Source of the DNA: Faecousia sp.
GTDB lineage: Bacteria; Bacillota; Clostridia; Oscillospirales; Oscillospiraceae
Direction of reading: 5' to 3'
NCBI GenBank assembly: GCA_045592805.1
Contig: JAZNVK010000234.1
Location: 1-54,530 of the forward strand
Length of the DNA: 54,530 bases
Positions within the stretch are counted from its first letter, which is position 1. Every line of letters begins with the position of its first letter. The notes beneath the pieces are model-generated. The model saw only the letters and a program-made list of their open reading frames with translations, made no database searches and was not told the origin of the DNA. Positions 28,232 to 36,121 of the stretch are shown here, piece after piece. The position numbers were made by a program, and so were the translations under genes.

Positions 28232-29530
28232 TCAGCTGCACATGGCTGCGTAAAGCGCAGCACCGCAGGCCGCTTCTTCTTCGTTGGAGGACATAACAAG
28301 AGGGAAGCCAAAGCGCTTTTCAAAGCATTCTCTCAGATAGGAATTCTTGCGCAAGCCGTTGCCCGAGCCAAACATGGTTTCGCACTTGCCACCGGAAGTG
28401 GTAAAGCATTGATACATGGCAAAGAGCTCATTTGTCATGCCCTGCATCATGCCGAGAATCAGCGCTTCCGGCGTAAAATTATGAATGTCCAGATTACAAA
28501 TACTGCCACGAAGCGCAGGATCCTGTCTGGTTCCCTGGAACAAGGGTTCTACCACAACAGGAGAAGCCGGTGCAGGATTCTCCTTTAAGCAGGAGAACAT
28601 GGCATCATAGGCAGAATTGCAATCCACCTTGAACATCTTTGCGGTTTGACGGAAGAAGTTTTCCAGCAGGGCAAAGGCACGTCCGCCGCAGAGGCTGGAA
28701 CCGACCAGCAAATAGCCCTCTGTGGGGAAGGGTCTGGTTTCCAACCCCTTGCAGGAGACGTAGTCGGGTACATGCACGGAAAACTGGCTTCCCGTACCGA
28801 CATTGACCAGCATACAGTTGGTTTGACCGCCGGTAGCGCCCAAAAAGCTGGCCTGATTATCACCGATTGCAACGTACACCGGAATGCCTTTGGCCGTATG
28901 ACCGATACAGGGATTATCCGCAATCGGGGGTAGCAGTGCGGTGTCGATCCCAACTTTTTCCATAGCTTTCACATCAAAGCATTTCTTTTCAAGGTCGAAA
29001 ATACCGAAGCTGGCGGCATCGCTGGCCTCTGTCACCGGGGAGGTACGGCAGGCAAGAAGCATTGCCATATAATCATGGATCGTGCAGAAGGTAACGGCAT
29101 TCTCCGGAACCAATCCGTTCTTGAGATTGTAGTAGTGGGTCACAAGCCCAAAACCGGTGGCAAGGGGATATCCGGTTTCTTCGGAAAGCCGGGCAGCATA
29201 GCTGCAGCTTTCGTCATAGGGGAGATCACCACGGCCATCCTGCCATATGTACAGCGGACTGACCGCTTCGCCTTTGGAATCCAAGTAAAGAATTCCATGC
29301 ATTTGTCCGGTTACGCCGATCTTTTCTACCTGCGAAAACCGAGAAAGCAGTTCTTCTACCGCTCCCATTGCAATAGTACGGATCACCGCAGGATCCTGCA
29401 CCTTCTCCCAGGCCGGACGACCCGGGAGAAAGGAGTCATTTTTCAGTGTTTTAGCAGCAAGCACCTTGCCGTCCTCCATCACCACCGCACTGACAGTGGT
29501 GGTACCGATATCTAAGCCTAATACTTGCAT
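28232..29530 (-). CDS. FGGY carbohydrate kinase, sedoheptulokinase-like
   Basis: LGLDIGTTT, IGVTGQMHG, WQDGRG, ATGFG..TH, GDNQASFLG, NVGTGSQ.S, RPF, SLCGG. Confidence 0.85.
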   Translation of the reverse strand: MQVLGLDIGTTTVSAVVMEDGKVLAAKTLKNDSFLPGRPAWEKVQDPAVIRTIAMGAVEELLSRFSQVEKIGVTGQMHGILYLDSKGEAVSPLYIWQDGRGDLPYDESCSYAARLSEETGYPLATGFGLVTHYYNLKNGLVPENAVTFCTIHDYMAMLLACRTSPVTEASDAASFGIFDLEKKCFDVKAMEKVGIDTALLPPIADNPCIGHTAKGIPVYVAIGDNQASFLGATGGQTNCMLVNVGTGSQFSVHVPDYVSCKGLETRPFPTEGYLLVGSSLCGGRAFALLENFFRQTAKMFKVDCNSAYDAMFSCLKENPAPASPVVVEPLFQGTRQDPALRGSICNLDIHNFTPEALILGMMQGMTNELFAMYQCFTTSGGKCETMFGSGNGLRKNSYLRECFEKRFGFPLVMSSNEEEAACGAALYAAMCS

Positions 29531-29533
29531 GGC

Positions 29534-31909
29534 TCAGCAGGCGGTGGAGGCAGGATCCAAACGGGTGATGATATCCTGCTGAATGGCGGGAGAGAGATCC
29601 AGGAAGTTAACGAAAGTACCGTGGATACGCATGATATACACGCCGTTGGGAGCGTATTTCTTGGGATTTGCAAGCACCTTCCGCAGCGTCTCGGCGGTGG
29701 TGACGTTCACGTAGAGATAGAAGGGCGCACGCTTCTCGTTGAAAGGATTGAAGAACAGGGGATTGAGTACTCTGTCACGGAACTGAATACCCTTTTCCTC
29801 AAAGCTCTCTGCAGTGAAATACTTGGGATCGATGCCGAAGTGAGAGGCACAGCCGCCTTCCATCTGGCAGAAGGGGAGTTGCATGGTGGACAGGGTGCGG
29901 AAGCCCAGACCGTTGGTAGCGGAGCTGAACAGCGGATCGATGCCGTAGCCCAGCATCTCACGGGCAGCTCTGCCGTCGGGAGTTGCACCCACCAGATAGC
30001 CGTAAGTCAGATGGGTGGAGGGGGAACTCCAGTCGGGACGGAAGGAATTACCGAGATAGTTCTTCAGGCTGCGAACCAGCTCAGAAACACGGGTTGCCAC
30101 CTCGACCGCCTCTTCATCGACCTCTGGAATGTTGTTTCCGAACTTCGGACAGGCTCTGAGATACTCACGCAGCTCTTCATAGCCCTCGAAATTGCACTTG
30201 CAGGCTTCGATCAAATTGGCTGCATCCTGGGGACGCTCTTTCAGCAGATGATCAATGGCAATAAAAGAATCCGCTACTACAGACAGGCCATGGATCAAGC
30301 AGCCGCTGCCATTATACTTGGTACCTTGCTCCGTGGCATCACGGGTATCGATACCGGTGTCCAGACCGCCCATAAAGCAGCTCAGGAAGGGTACAGGCAG
30401 CAGAGAAAGGGCACGGCTTGCGCCGTTGGCAGCATCCTGCATGGTTTTGCAGACGTGCTCCAGCTTTTCATAGAAAAGATCTCGGATGTTACGGAGAATA
30501 TACTCCGGCTCATAGTTCGTCTGAGGGCCGATAGGCTTTCCGCTGATAGTGGATACACCGCCGGAAAGGGTCAGCTCCAGAACCTTACCCATATTTAGCC
30601 AGCTGTTGGTGGTATTGGCATTATCCTTACCCATAACCAGAGGTTCCTGACATCCTGCAACGGAATAATCGGGCAGGTCGCAGGACTCCACGCCGTGTTC
30701 AGCCAGTGTGACAAAGAGACTGTCATCGTTGAAGAGAGAAGGAGTCAGACAGCCGGGAGTAAAGAAGAAACGTCCCATCTCACGGTAGAGCTCTTCCGGG
30801 GTATTCTTGTGAAGCTTCACAGACAAAATGGGCTGCGGCAGATTCATGTCATAATAGGCATCCATGATGGCGTAGGTCATCAAATTGGTCAGATCATTAC
30901 CATCGTTGTCACGGCCGCTGATCAGAACATTCTGAGAAATCGCCCAGGAGCGCTCACCCACATTGTAGAACACAAGGAAATGCTTAAACAGAGCCGCAGC
31001 CTCTTCACGGGATTCGCCGGACATTTGCCGATAAGGCTCAAAGATACGGTCAGCATTACCGACGGAGAGCGCAAAGGGGTTGGGCGCCTGCTCTACGCAC
31101 ATGATCTGCCACAGCAGCACAAAGCACTGCATTGCCTGCATCAGGGTTTGAGCGGGGTACTGAGGAACCTGCTTCAGGTTCGCAACCATCAGCTCCAGTT
31201 CTTTCTTGCGCTCGGGAGATGCAGTTTCCATCTGTGCCTCAGCGATCTGGGCATAGCGCTTTGCCAGCTTCACCGCTGCCAGCAGCACACGCTTCATTGC
31301 CTTATAATTATTGCGATGCTTCTCACTGAGGGAATCACCGGCAAGCTTTGCATCAATGCCTTCAATCAGGCCGGAAACACCCAGCTTCAGAGCAGGACGA
31401 AAATCGGGAATATGATGCCCCGTAACCTGCTCCATGAAGAAGGCCACTTCGTCTGTATACTCGCTGTAAGCACCGTAAACCTTGTTGAGCGCCTTCACAT
31501 AGTCGCTCTTTGCCGCGGCTGCACGAATCCGGGCAATACGCTCTGCGGGAAGCTCCTCCGTGGGGGTAGCAAAATCATATACTTCCAGGGGATCGCAATA
31601 GCCACGGAAGGTCTCTACACGAAAAGCAGGATTGATCAGCGCATAGCTGGCCGCAAAGGCATCACGCTGAGTGCCTGCCAGAAGGGCATGCTCACTGATC
31701 TCAAGTGGAAGGGTCTCCAGGATGGTCTCCAATTCTTCTGCCGCCCGAAGCTCAGGATCGGTCTCTGATGTAGATGCATCCACTTTGGATGCCGTCTCAC
31801 GGCACAGAAGCCAACCGTTGAGGATCTTGTGATCACTGCGCTCTTCGTTAAACAGATCCTTGGCTTTTTCCGTCACCCTGGAAGGGGAGAGAAGCTCATA
31901 AAGATTCAT
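29534..31909 (-). CDS. Glycyl radical enzyme (PFL-like superfamily), uncharacterised type
   Basis: 791 aa; Cys loop YSVAGCQEP (Cys420); GN...EVD; GATPDGR; Gly loop MRIHGTFVNF.DL...Q.DII.R (Gly764); adjacent activase. Confidence 0.9.
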   Translation of the reverse strand: MNLYELLSPSRVTEKAKDLFNEERSDHKILNGWLLCRETASKVDASTSETDPELRAAEELETILETLPLEISEHALLAGTQRDAFAASYALINPAFRVETFRGYCDPLEVYDFATPTEELPAERIARIRAAAAKSDYVKALNKVYGAYSEYTDEVAFFMEQVTGHHIPDFRPALKLGVSGLIEGIDAKLAGDSLSEKHRNNYKAMKRVLLAAVKLAKRYAQIAEAQMETASPERKKELELMVANLKQVPQYPAQTLMQAMQCFVLLWQIMCVEQAPNPFALSVGNADRIFEPYRQMSGESREEAAALFKHFLVFYNVGERSWAISQNVLISGRDNDGNDLTNLMTYAIMDAYYDMNLPQPILSVKLHKNTPEELYREMGRFFFTPGCLTPSLFNDDSLFVTLAEHGVESCDLPDYSVAGCQEPLVMGKDNANTTNSWLNMGKVLELTLSGGVSTISGKPIGPQTNYEPEYILRNIRDLFYEKLEHVCKTMQDAANGASRALSLLPVPFLSCFMGGLDTGIDTRDATEQGTKYNGSGCLIHGLSVVADSFIAIDHLLKERPQDAANLIEACKCNFEGYEELREYLRACPKFGNNIPEVDEEAVEVATRVSELVRSLKNYLGNSFRPDWSSPSTHLTYGYLVGATPDGRAAREMLGYGIDPLFSSATNGLGFRTLSTMQLPFCQMEGGCASHFGIDPKYFTAESFEEKGIQFRDRVLNPLFFNPFNEKRAPFYLYVNVTTAETLRKVLANPKKYAPNGVYIMRIHGTFVNFLDLSPAIQQDIITRLDPASTAC

Positions 31910-31940
31910 ATATGGTCATCCTTTCTGATAATGAAATGAA

Positions 31941-32669
31941 TTATGTACGGCTAATCTGCATTCCTGCTTCTTGCAGACGAGTGCTGAGATAACGAACGGT
32001 TTCCGGAGTGACTCTGGCTTCGCTTGTCATTGTGTACTCCATACCCAGTACTGCATATTTGTCCTTTCCGTATTCATGGTACGGCAGAAGCTCCACTGTA
32101 GCTTTTCCGGGGACACCCAGGGCTGTCAGCTTATTCACAAAGCCCTCCGCATCCGATGCAGCTGCGTTAAACCCACCGATCACCGGAATACGTAACGCAA
32201 GAGGCAAGCCATAATCCAGAGCAGCTGCGATGTTGCGGAAGGTGTTTCCGCAGCTTGCGCCGGTAATCTTTTTATGAAACGCTTCATCATAATGCTTGAT
32301 ATCCATAATCAAAAGATCCAGCAGGGAAAACAGCTCAGGAAGACGCAGGGAGGTGCCGTTTGTTTCAATACAAGTATGGATGCCCTCCTGTTTCAGCCGG
32401 AACAGAAACTCCTTAACGGGATCTATCTGCATACAGACCTCACCACCGGTGAGTGTAACACCGCCGCTATCAAAAAACATGGCTCTGCTCCGTTTGACTT
32501 CTTCCACAAGCTGTGCGACGTCATAAGAAGTACCACCCTCCATTGCAAGTCCTTCAGGGTTTGAGCACCAGGGGCAATGGAGATTACAGCCTTGCAAATG
32601 ATAGACCAGGCGATTACCCGGACCGTCCTGAGAAAAATTAAAACCTTTTTGAAAAATTGAAATTTTCAT
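31941..32669 (-). CDS. Glycyl-radical enzyme activating protein (radical SAM)
   Basis: DGPG.R, GCNLHCPWCSNPE (CxxxCxxC), GGVTLTGGE, IETNG, DIKH, RIPVI.GFN, LLPYH..G..KY. Confidence 0.93.
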   Translation of the reverse strand: MKISIFQKGFNFSQDGPGNRLVYHLQGCNLHCPWCSNPEGLAMEGGTSYDVAQLVEEVKRSRAMFFDSGGVTLTGGEVCMQIDPVKEFLFRLKQEGIHTCIETNGTSLRLPELFSLLDLLIMDIKHYDEAFHKKITGASCGNTFRNIAAALDYGLPLALRIPVIGGFNAAASDAEGFVNKLTALGVPGKATVELLPYHEYGKDKYAVLGMEYTMTSEARVTPETVRYLSTRLQEAGMQISRT

Positions 32670-32687
32670 ATTTTTCCCTCCGAAATC

Positions 32688-32716
32688 ATCATATCAGAAG
32701 AAAAAGCAAATGTCAA
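32688..32716 (-). promoter_or_regulatory. Sigma-A promoter for the activase-GRE-kinase-yesL operon
   Basis: TTGACA (32716-32711)-17 nt-TATGAT with TG extension on the minus strand. Confidence 0.7.
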
Positions 32717-32721
32717 TCGTA

Positions 32722-32750
32722 TTGACAAATCTTTTTTGTTATATTATTAT
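32722..32750 (+). promoter_or_regulatory. Sigma-A promoter for the PMI-like operon
   Basis: TTGACA (32722-32727)-17 nt-TATTAT (32745-32750). Confidence 0.75.
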
Positions 32751-32788
32751 ATGAACAGATACCAAGAACATAAGGGAGAGAATTATCT

Positions 32789-33847
32789 ATGAATCAGCAA
32801 ATGAAACCTTGGGAGCAGCCTTTGTTTTTTCGAAGAAACCGTGTGTTCCGAGTGTATTTGGGCGGTAAACTGTTTTCGGATTTTTTAGGAGATGCACCGG
32901 AGGACGGGAACGAGCCGGAGGAATGGATTTGCTCATCCGTTCATGCTATCAATCCCGGACATACAGATCCCTTAGAGGGAATCTCTCTACGTTTAGAGGA
33001 CGGGAAGCCCTTCCATGAGTTGCTTGCAGAGCATCCAAAAGAGTATCTGGGTGACCGTAAGGACTTAGGCGTTTTGGTAAAATTCCTGGACAGCGCCATT
33101 CGTCTGCCTATGCAGGTACATCCCACCAGAGCCTTTTCCATGGCAAACTTCAACAGCCCTTATGGCAAAGCCGAAGCCTGGCTGATTCTTGCCACGCGTC
33201 CCGATGCCTGTATTTATTTCGGATTTGATCGAGAAGTTAGCAAGGAACAGTTCCGGCAGGCGATTGCTTTAAGCGAAACGGATCCCGAGGCAATGACTGC
33301 TTTTGTAAATCGTGTTCCCGTGAAAACCGGTGATGTATTTTTCGTTCCCGCCGGTGTGATCCACGCAATTGGTGCGGGCTGTATGCTGCTGGAAGCACAG
33401 GAGCCTACGGATTTTACCATTCAGCCGGAATACTGGTGCGGAGATTATCACCTGAATGCCCAGGAAATGTATCTGGGTCTTGACCCGGAAGTAGCTCTGG
33501 ATTGCTTTGATTTCCGGCGCTTCGGACCTTCCGTTGTTGAAGAAGGCCGTAAGACACCCCGTCTTCTTTGGGAGGAAGAGGGTGTCCGAGTCGAAGCCCT
33601 GATCGGTCCGGAGGATACGCCATGCTTCAGTATGACACGCTATACTCTGAACGGTGGAAAGGCAGTATTGAAAGAACCTGCCTCCATTTGGATCTGCGTG
33701 GGAGGAGAAGGGGAGATTATCAGCAAGAACTGCAGCAGATCGCTGAAAACCGGAGATTACTTCTTCCTTCCTGCTGCTGCAGCGGAAAAAGTTGTGGTTT
33801 TCGGTGATAAAAAACTGGAAATTGTGTGCTGTATGGGTGGAAAATAA
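32789..33847 (+). CDS. Class I phosphomannose-isomerase-like cupin
   Basis: EEW, LVKFLDS..RLP.QVHP, GK.EAW.I, VPAG..HAIG.G..LLE.QEP.D. Confidence 0.85.
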   Translation: MNQQMKPWEQPLFFRRNRVFRVYLGGKLFSDFLGDAPEDGNEPEEWICSSVHAINPGHTDPLEGISLRLEDGKPFHELLAEHPKEYLGDRKDLGVLVKFLDSAIRLPMQVHPTRAFSMANFNSPYGKAEAWLILATRPDACIYFGFDREVSKEQFRQAIALSETDPEAMTAFVNRVPVKTGDVFFVPAGVIHAIGAGCMLLEAQEPTDFTIQPEYWCGDYHLNAQEMYLGLDPEVALDCFDFRRFGPSVVEEGRKTPRLLWEEEGVRVEALIGPEDTPCFSMTRYTLNGGKAVLKEPASIWICVGGEGEIISKNCSRSLKTGDYFFLPAAAAEKVVVFGDKKLEIVCCMGGK

Positions 33848-33895
33848 AGGAAATTTGTTGTATAATAGTTACACATTATTTATACGGAAGCAGGG

Positions 33896-35035
33896 ATGAC
33901 CATGCCGCGTGCAACCAGAAACTCGGAATACACCAAAGAATACAACCGTAAGCTGATTCTCCGTTTGCTGAGGTCTCGTCCAATGAGCCGCGCAGAGATC
34001 GCCCGTCAAACCGGTTTAACCAGAGCCAGTGTTTCTCTCATCGCGAATGATCTTCTGGAAGAAGGACTTGTGGAGGAGCTGGCTCCCGAATCCAGCGCAA
34101 GAGGGCGCATGCCGACGCCTTTGACCCTCCGTGGAGACGCAGGCTATGCGATCGGTATTTATTTGAACCGTAAGGGCTGCGTTGCAGGCGTTGTGGATCT
34201 TAGTGGACAGCTCTACTGCCAGAAGCAGATCCGGCTCTCCGATGAAGAACGCTTTGAACCCATTGTTGAAGCCATCGATCAGCTTGTTCGTCAGGCAGCC
34301 GTACCCAGAGAAAAGCTCCTTGGGATCGGTATTTCTGCCCCCGGTCCTCTGGACGGCGAGAGCGGAAGAATTCTAAACCCGCCCAGATTTGACCTCTGGC
34401 ACCAGACCGATATCGGCCCGATTCTGCACCAGAGAACCAATTTGCCTGTTTTCCTGGAAAATAACGCAACCTCTCTTGCCAGATATCACTGCGGCAGACC
34501 CGAGAGCCAGGGAAGTGACGACTTCCTACTGCTCCTGGTGGATAGCGGTATCGGCTCCGGCGTTGTTTCCAAGGGAAAGCTTCTGAAGGGTGCTGGATAC
34601 TTTACCAGCGAACTGGGACATACTTCTATCAATTTTAACGGTAGACCCTGCGCTTGTGGCAACATCGGCTGTATGGAGGAATATGCCGCAATTCCCAAGC
34701 TGCTAAAGGGGAGCAAGTTCTCCTCCTGGCAGGCGCTCATCGATGCTGTTGATGAAGATCCGGAGGCTGCACTTCTTTTACGGCAGGAGGCAGAGTATCT
34801 CAGTATCGGTGTTGTCAATCTCACGAATCTGCTCAGCATTGATTCTGTATTGCTTGCCGGAGAGCTGCTTTACGGCGCGGATGTGATCGGCCCTATCATG
34901 GAGTCTATGATCAACAGCCGATTCCTCCACAGAGAACGGCAGCATATTCGAGTTCTGCCTTCCGCTTCCATTCCCAATATCAAGATCATTGCTGCCGCAG
35001 ACATTGCCTTCGGCCGTGGACTTTTGATGATTTAA
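33896..35035 (+). CDS. ROK family transcriptional repressor
   Basis: N-terminal HTH (SRAEIARQTGLT.ASVS, GR.P); GIG...PGP, ENN, ELGH, CACGN.GC.E. Confidence 0.93.
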   Translation: MTMPRATRNSEYTKEYNRKLILRLLRSRPMSRAEIARQTGLTRASVSLIANDLLEEGLVEELAPESSARGRMPTPLTLRGDAGYAIGIYLNRKGCVAGVVDLSGQLYCQKQIRLSDEERFEPIVEAIDQLVRQAAVPREKLLGIGISAPGPLDGESGRILNPPRFDLWHQTDIGPILHQRTNLPVFLENNATSLARYHCGRPESQGSDDFLLLLVDSGIGSGVVSKGKLLKGAGYFTSELGHTSINFNGRPCACGNIGCMEEYAAIPKLLKGSKFSSWQALIDAVDEDPEAALLLRQEAEYLSIGVVNLTNLLSIDSVLLAGELLYGADVIGPIMESMINSRFLHRERQHIRVLPSASIPNIKIIAAADIAFGRGLLMI

Positions 35036-35047
35036 TGAGGGTAATAT

Positions 35048-35887
35048 ATGTTTCATATTTCAAACAGGGATCTAAGTGTAAGCATTGATCCCAAGGGTGC
35101 TGAATTACTGTCTGTTGTTTACAAAAACACAGAGTATATTTGGCAGAAGGATCCTGCCATTTGGGCAGATGCCGCTCCTTTACTGTTTCCCGTAGTCGGA
35201 AGACAACTGCACTTTCGTTATTTTTACCGCGGAAAAGAATACCATATGCCCATGCATGGCTTCGCCAGGGAATTTCCCTTTGAGCTGATCCGGCAAACGG
35301 AACGCTCTGTCGCCATGGTGCAGACCGAGAATGCTCAAACGCTGAACTGGTATCCCTTCCCTTATCGGCTGGAGTCCGAATTTGAAGTAGATAGTAATAC
35401 ACTGATTATCCGACGAATTCTTGTTAATACAGGGAAGGAAGAAATGCTCTATTCTCTGGGTGAGCACCCCGGCTATTGTATCCCTTCCGCAGATGCCGGC
35501 TGCTATTTACAATTCTCTGCGAAAGAAAAGGCAGAGCGTTGGCTTCTGGACGACGAGATCATTGACCATAGCGAGCCTTTTCTGGACGGTGACACCATTG
35601 CTGTCACACCGGAGCTCTTTAACCGTGGGGCTTTGATCTTCAAGAAGCTGGCATCCTCTGCTATCACCTTACACAGAGAAGAGGGGAGAAGCGTCACCGT
35701 ATCACTGGACGGCTGGGATCATCTGGGAATCTGGGCAAAGCCCAATGCACCCTATGTCTGTATTGAACCCTGGTGTGGCTTGGCCTCCTCCAAATGGTCT
35801 TCCTACGATTTGACAGAAAAAGAGAGTATTCATGTACTTAAAGCAGGGGAAACTGCCCGCCACGAGATGCGTATTCAATTCAACTAA
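35048..35887 (+). CDS. Aldose 1-epimerase family protein (LacX-like)
   Basis: GAEL.S, EY.WQ.DP..W...AP.LFP.VG, HGFAR, G.HP, VCIEPW.G. Confidence 0.92.
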   Translation: MFHISNRDLSVSIDPKGAELLSVVYKNTEYIWQKDPAIWADAAPLLFPVVGRQLHFRYFYRGKEYHMPMHGFAREFPFELIRQTERSVAMVQTENAQTLNWYPFPYRLESEFEVDSNTLIIRRILVNTGKEEMLYSLGEHPGYCIPSADAGCYLQFSAKEKAERWLLDDEIIDHSEPFLDGDTIAVTPELFNRGALIFKKLASSAITLHREEGRSVTVSLDGWDHLGIWAKPNAPYVCIEPWCGLASSKWSSYDLTEKESIHVLKAGETARHEMRIQFN

Positions 35888-35898
35888 ATCACAGCTTT

Positions 35899-35935
35899 TT
35901 CACGGGAAAACAAGAAATTGTTTTCCCGTGAATTT
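35899..35935 (+). terminator. Terminator hairpin
   Basis: ttcacgggaaaacaa-gaaa-ttgttttcccgtgaa followed by ttt. Confidence 0.8.
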
Positions 35936-35945
35936 ATTACAAAAC

Positions 35946-35957
35946 TTGTTATAACAA
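35946..35957. promoter_or_regulatory. Candidate GntR-family operator
   Basis: Perfect palindrome TTGTTATAACAA (GT.TA.AC core). Confidence 0.4.
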
Positions 35958-36043
35958 TATTTTGAAATTACGGTCAAGATTAACAAAATCCCACCATTGG
36001 ATTTGAACAAAACAGCGGAATTTTAAAATCGCATTTCAAGTTT

Positions 36044-36083
36044 AGTTTAATCGCTTGACAATGAAGATGATTTATAGTAAACT
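36044..36083 (+). promoter_or_regulatory. Sigma-A promoter of the large glycan-uptake operon with a candidate ROK operator over the -35
   Basis: TTGACA (36055-36060)-17 nt-TAAACT; aGTttaatcgcTTGACa resembles the 32711-32727 site. Confidence 0.6.
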
Positions 36084-36121
36084 TTATCGTAGATATTTTT
36101 GTAAATTATGGGGGGTAGAAT

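Noticed and set aside
29534-31909. Annotation as pyruvate formate-lyase or as a microcompartment-associated GRE
   Set aside because: It lacks the PFL CC pair and RVSGY; no BMC shell, aldehyde dehydrogenase or alcohol dehydrogenase genes are nearby.
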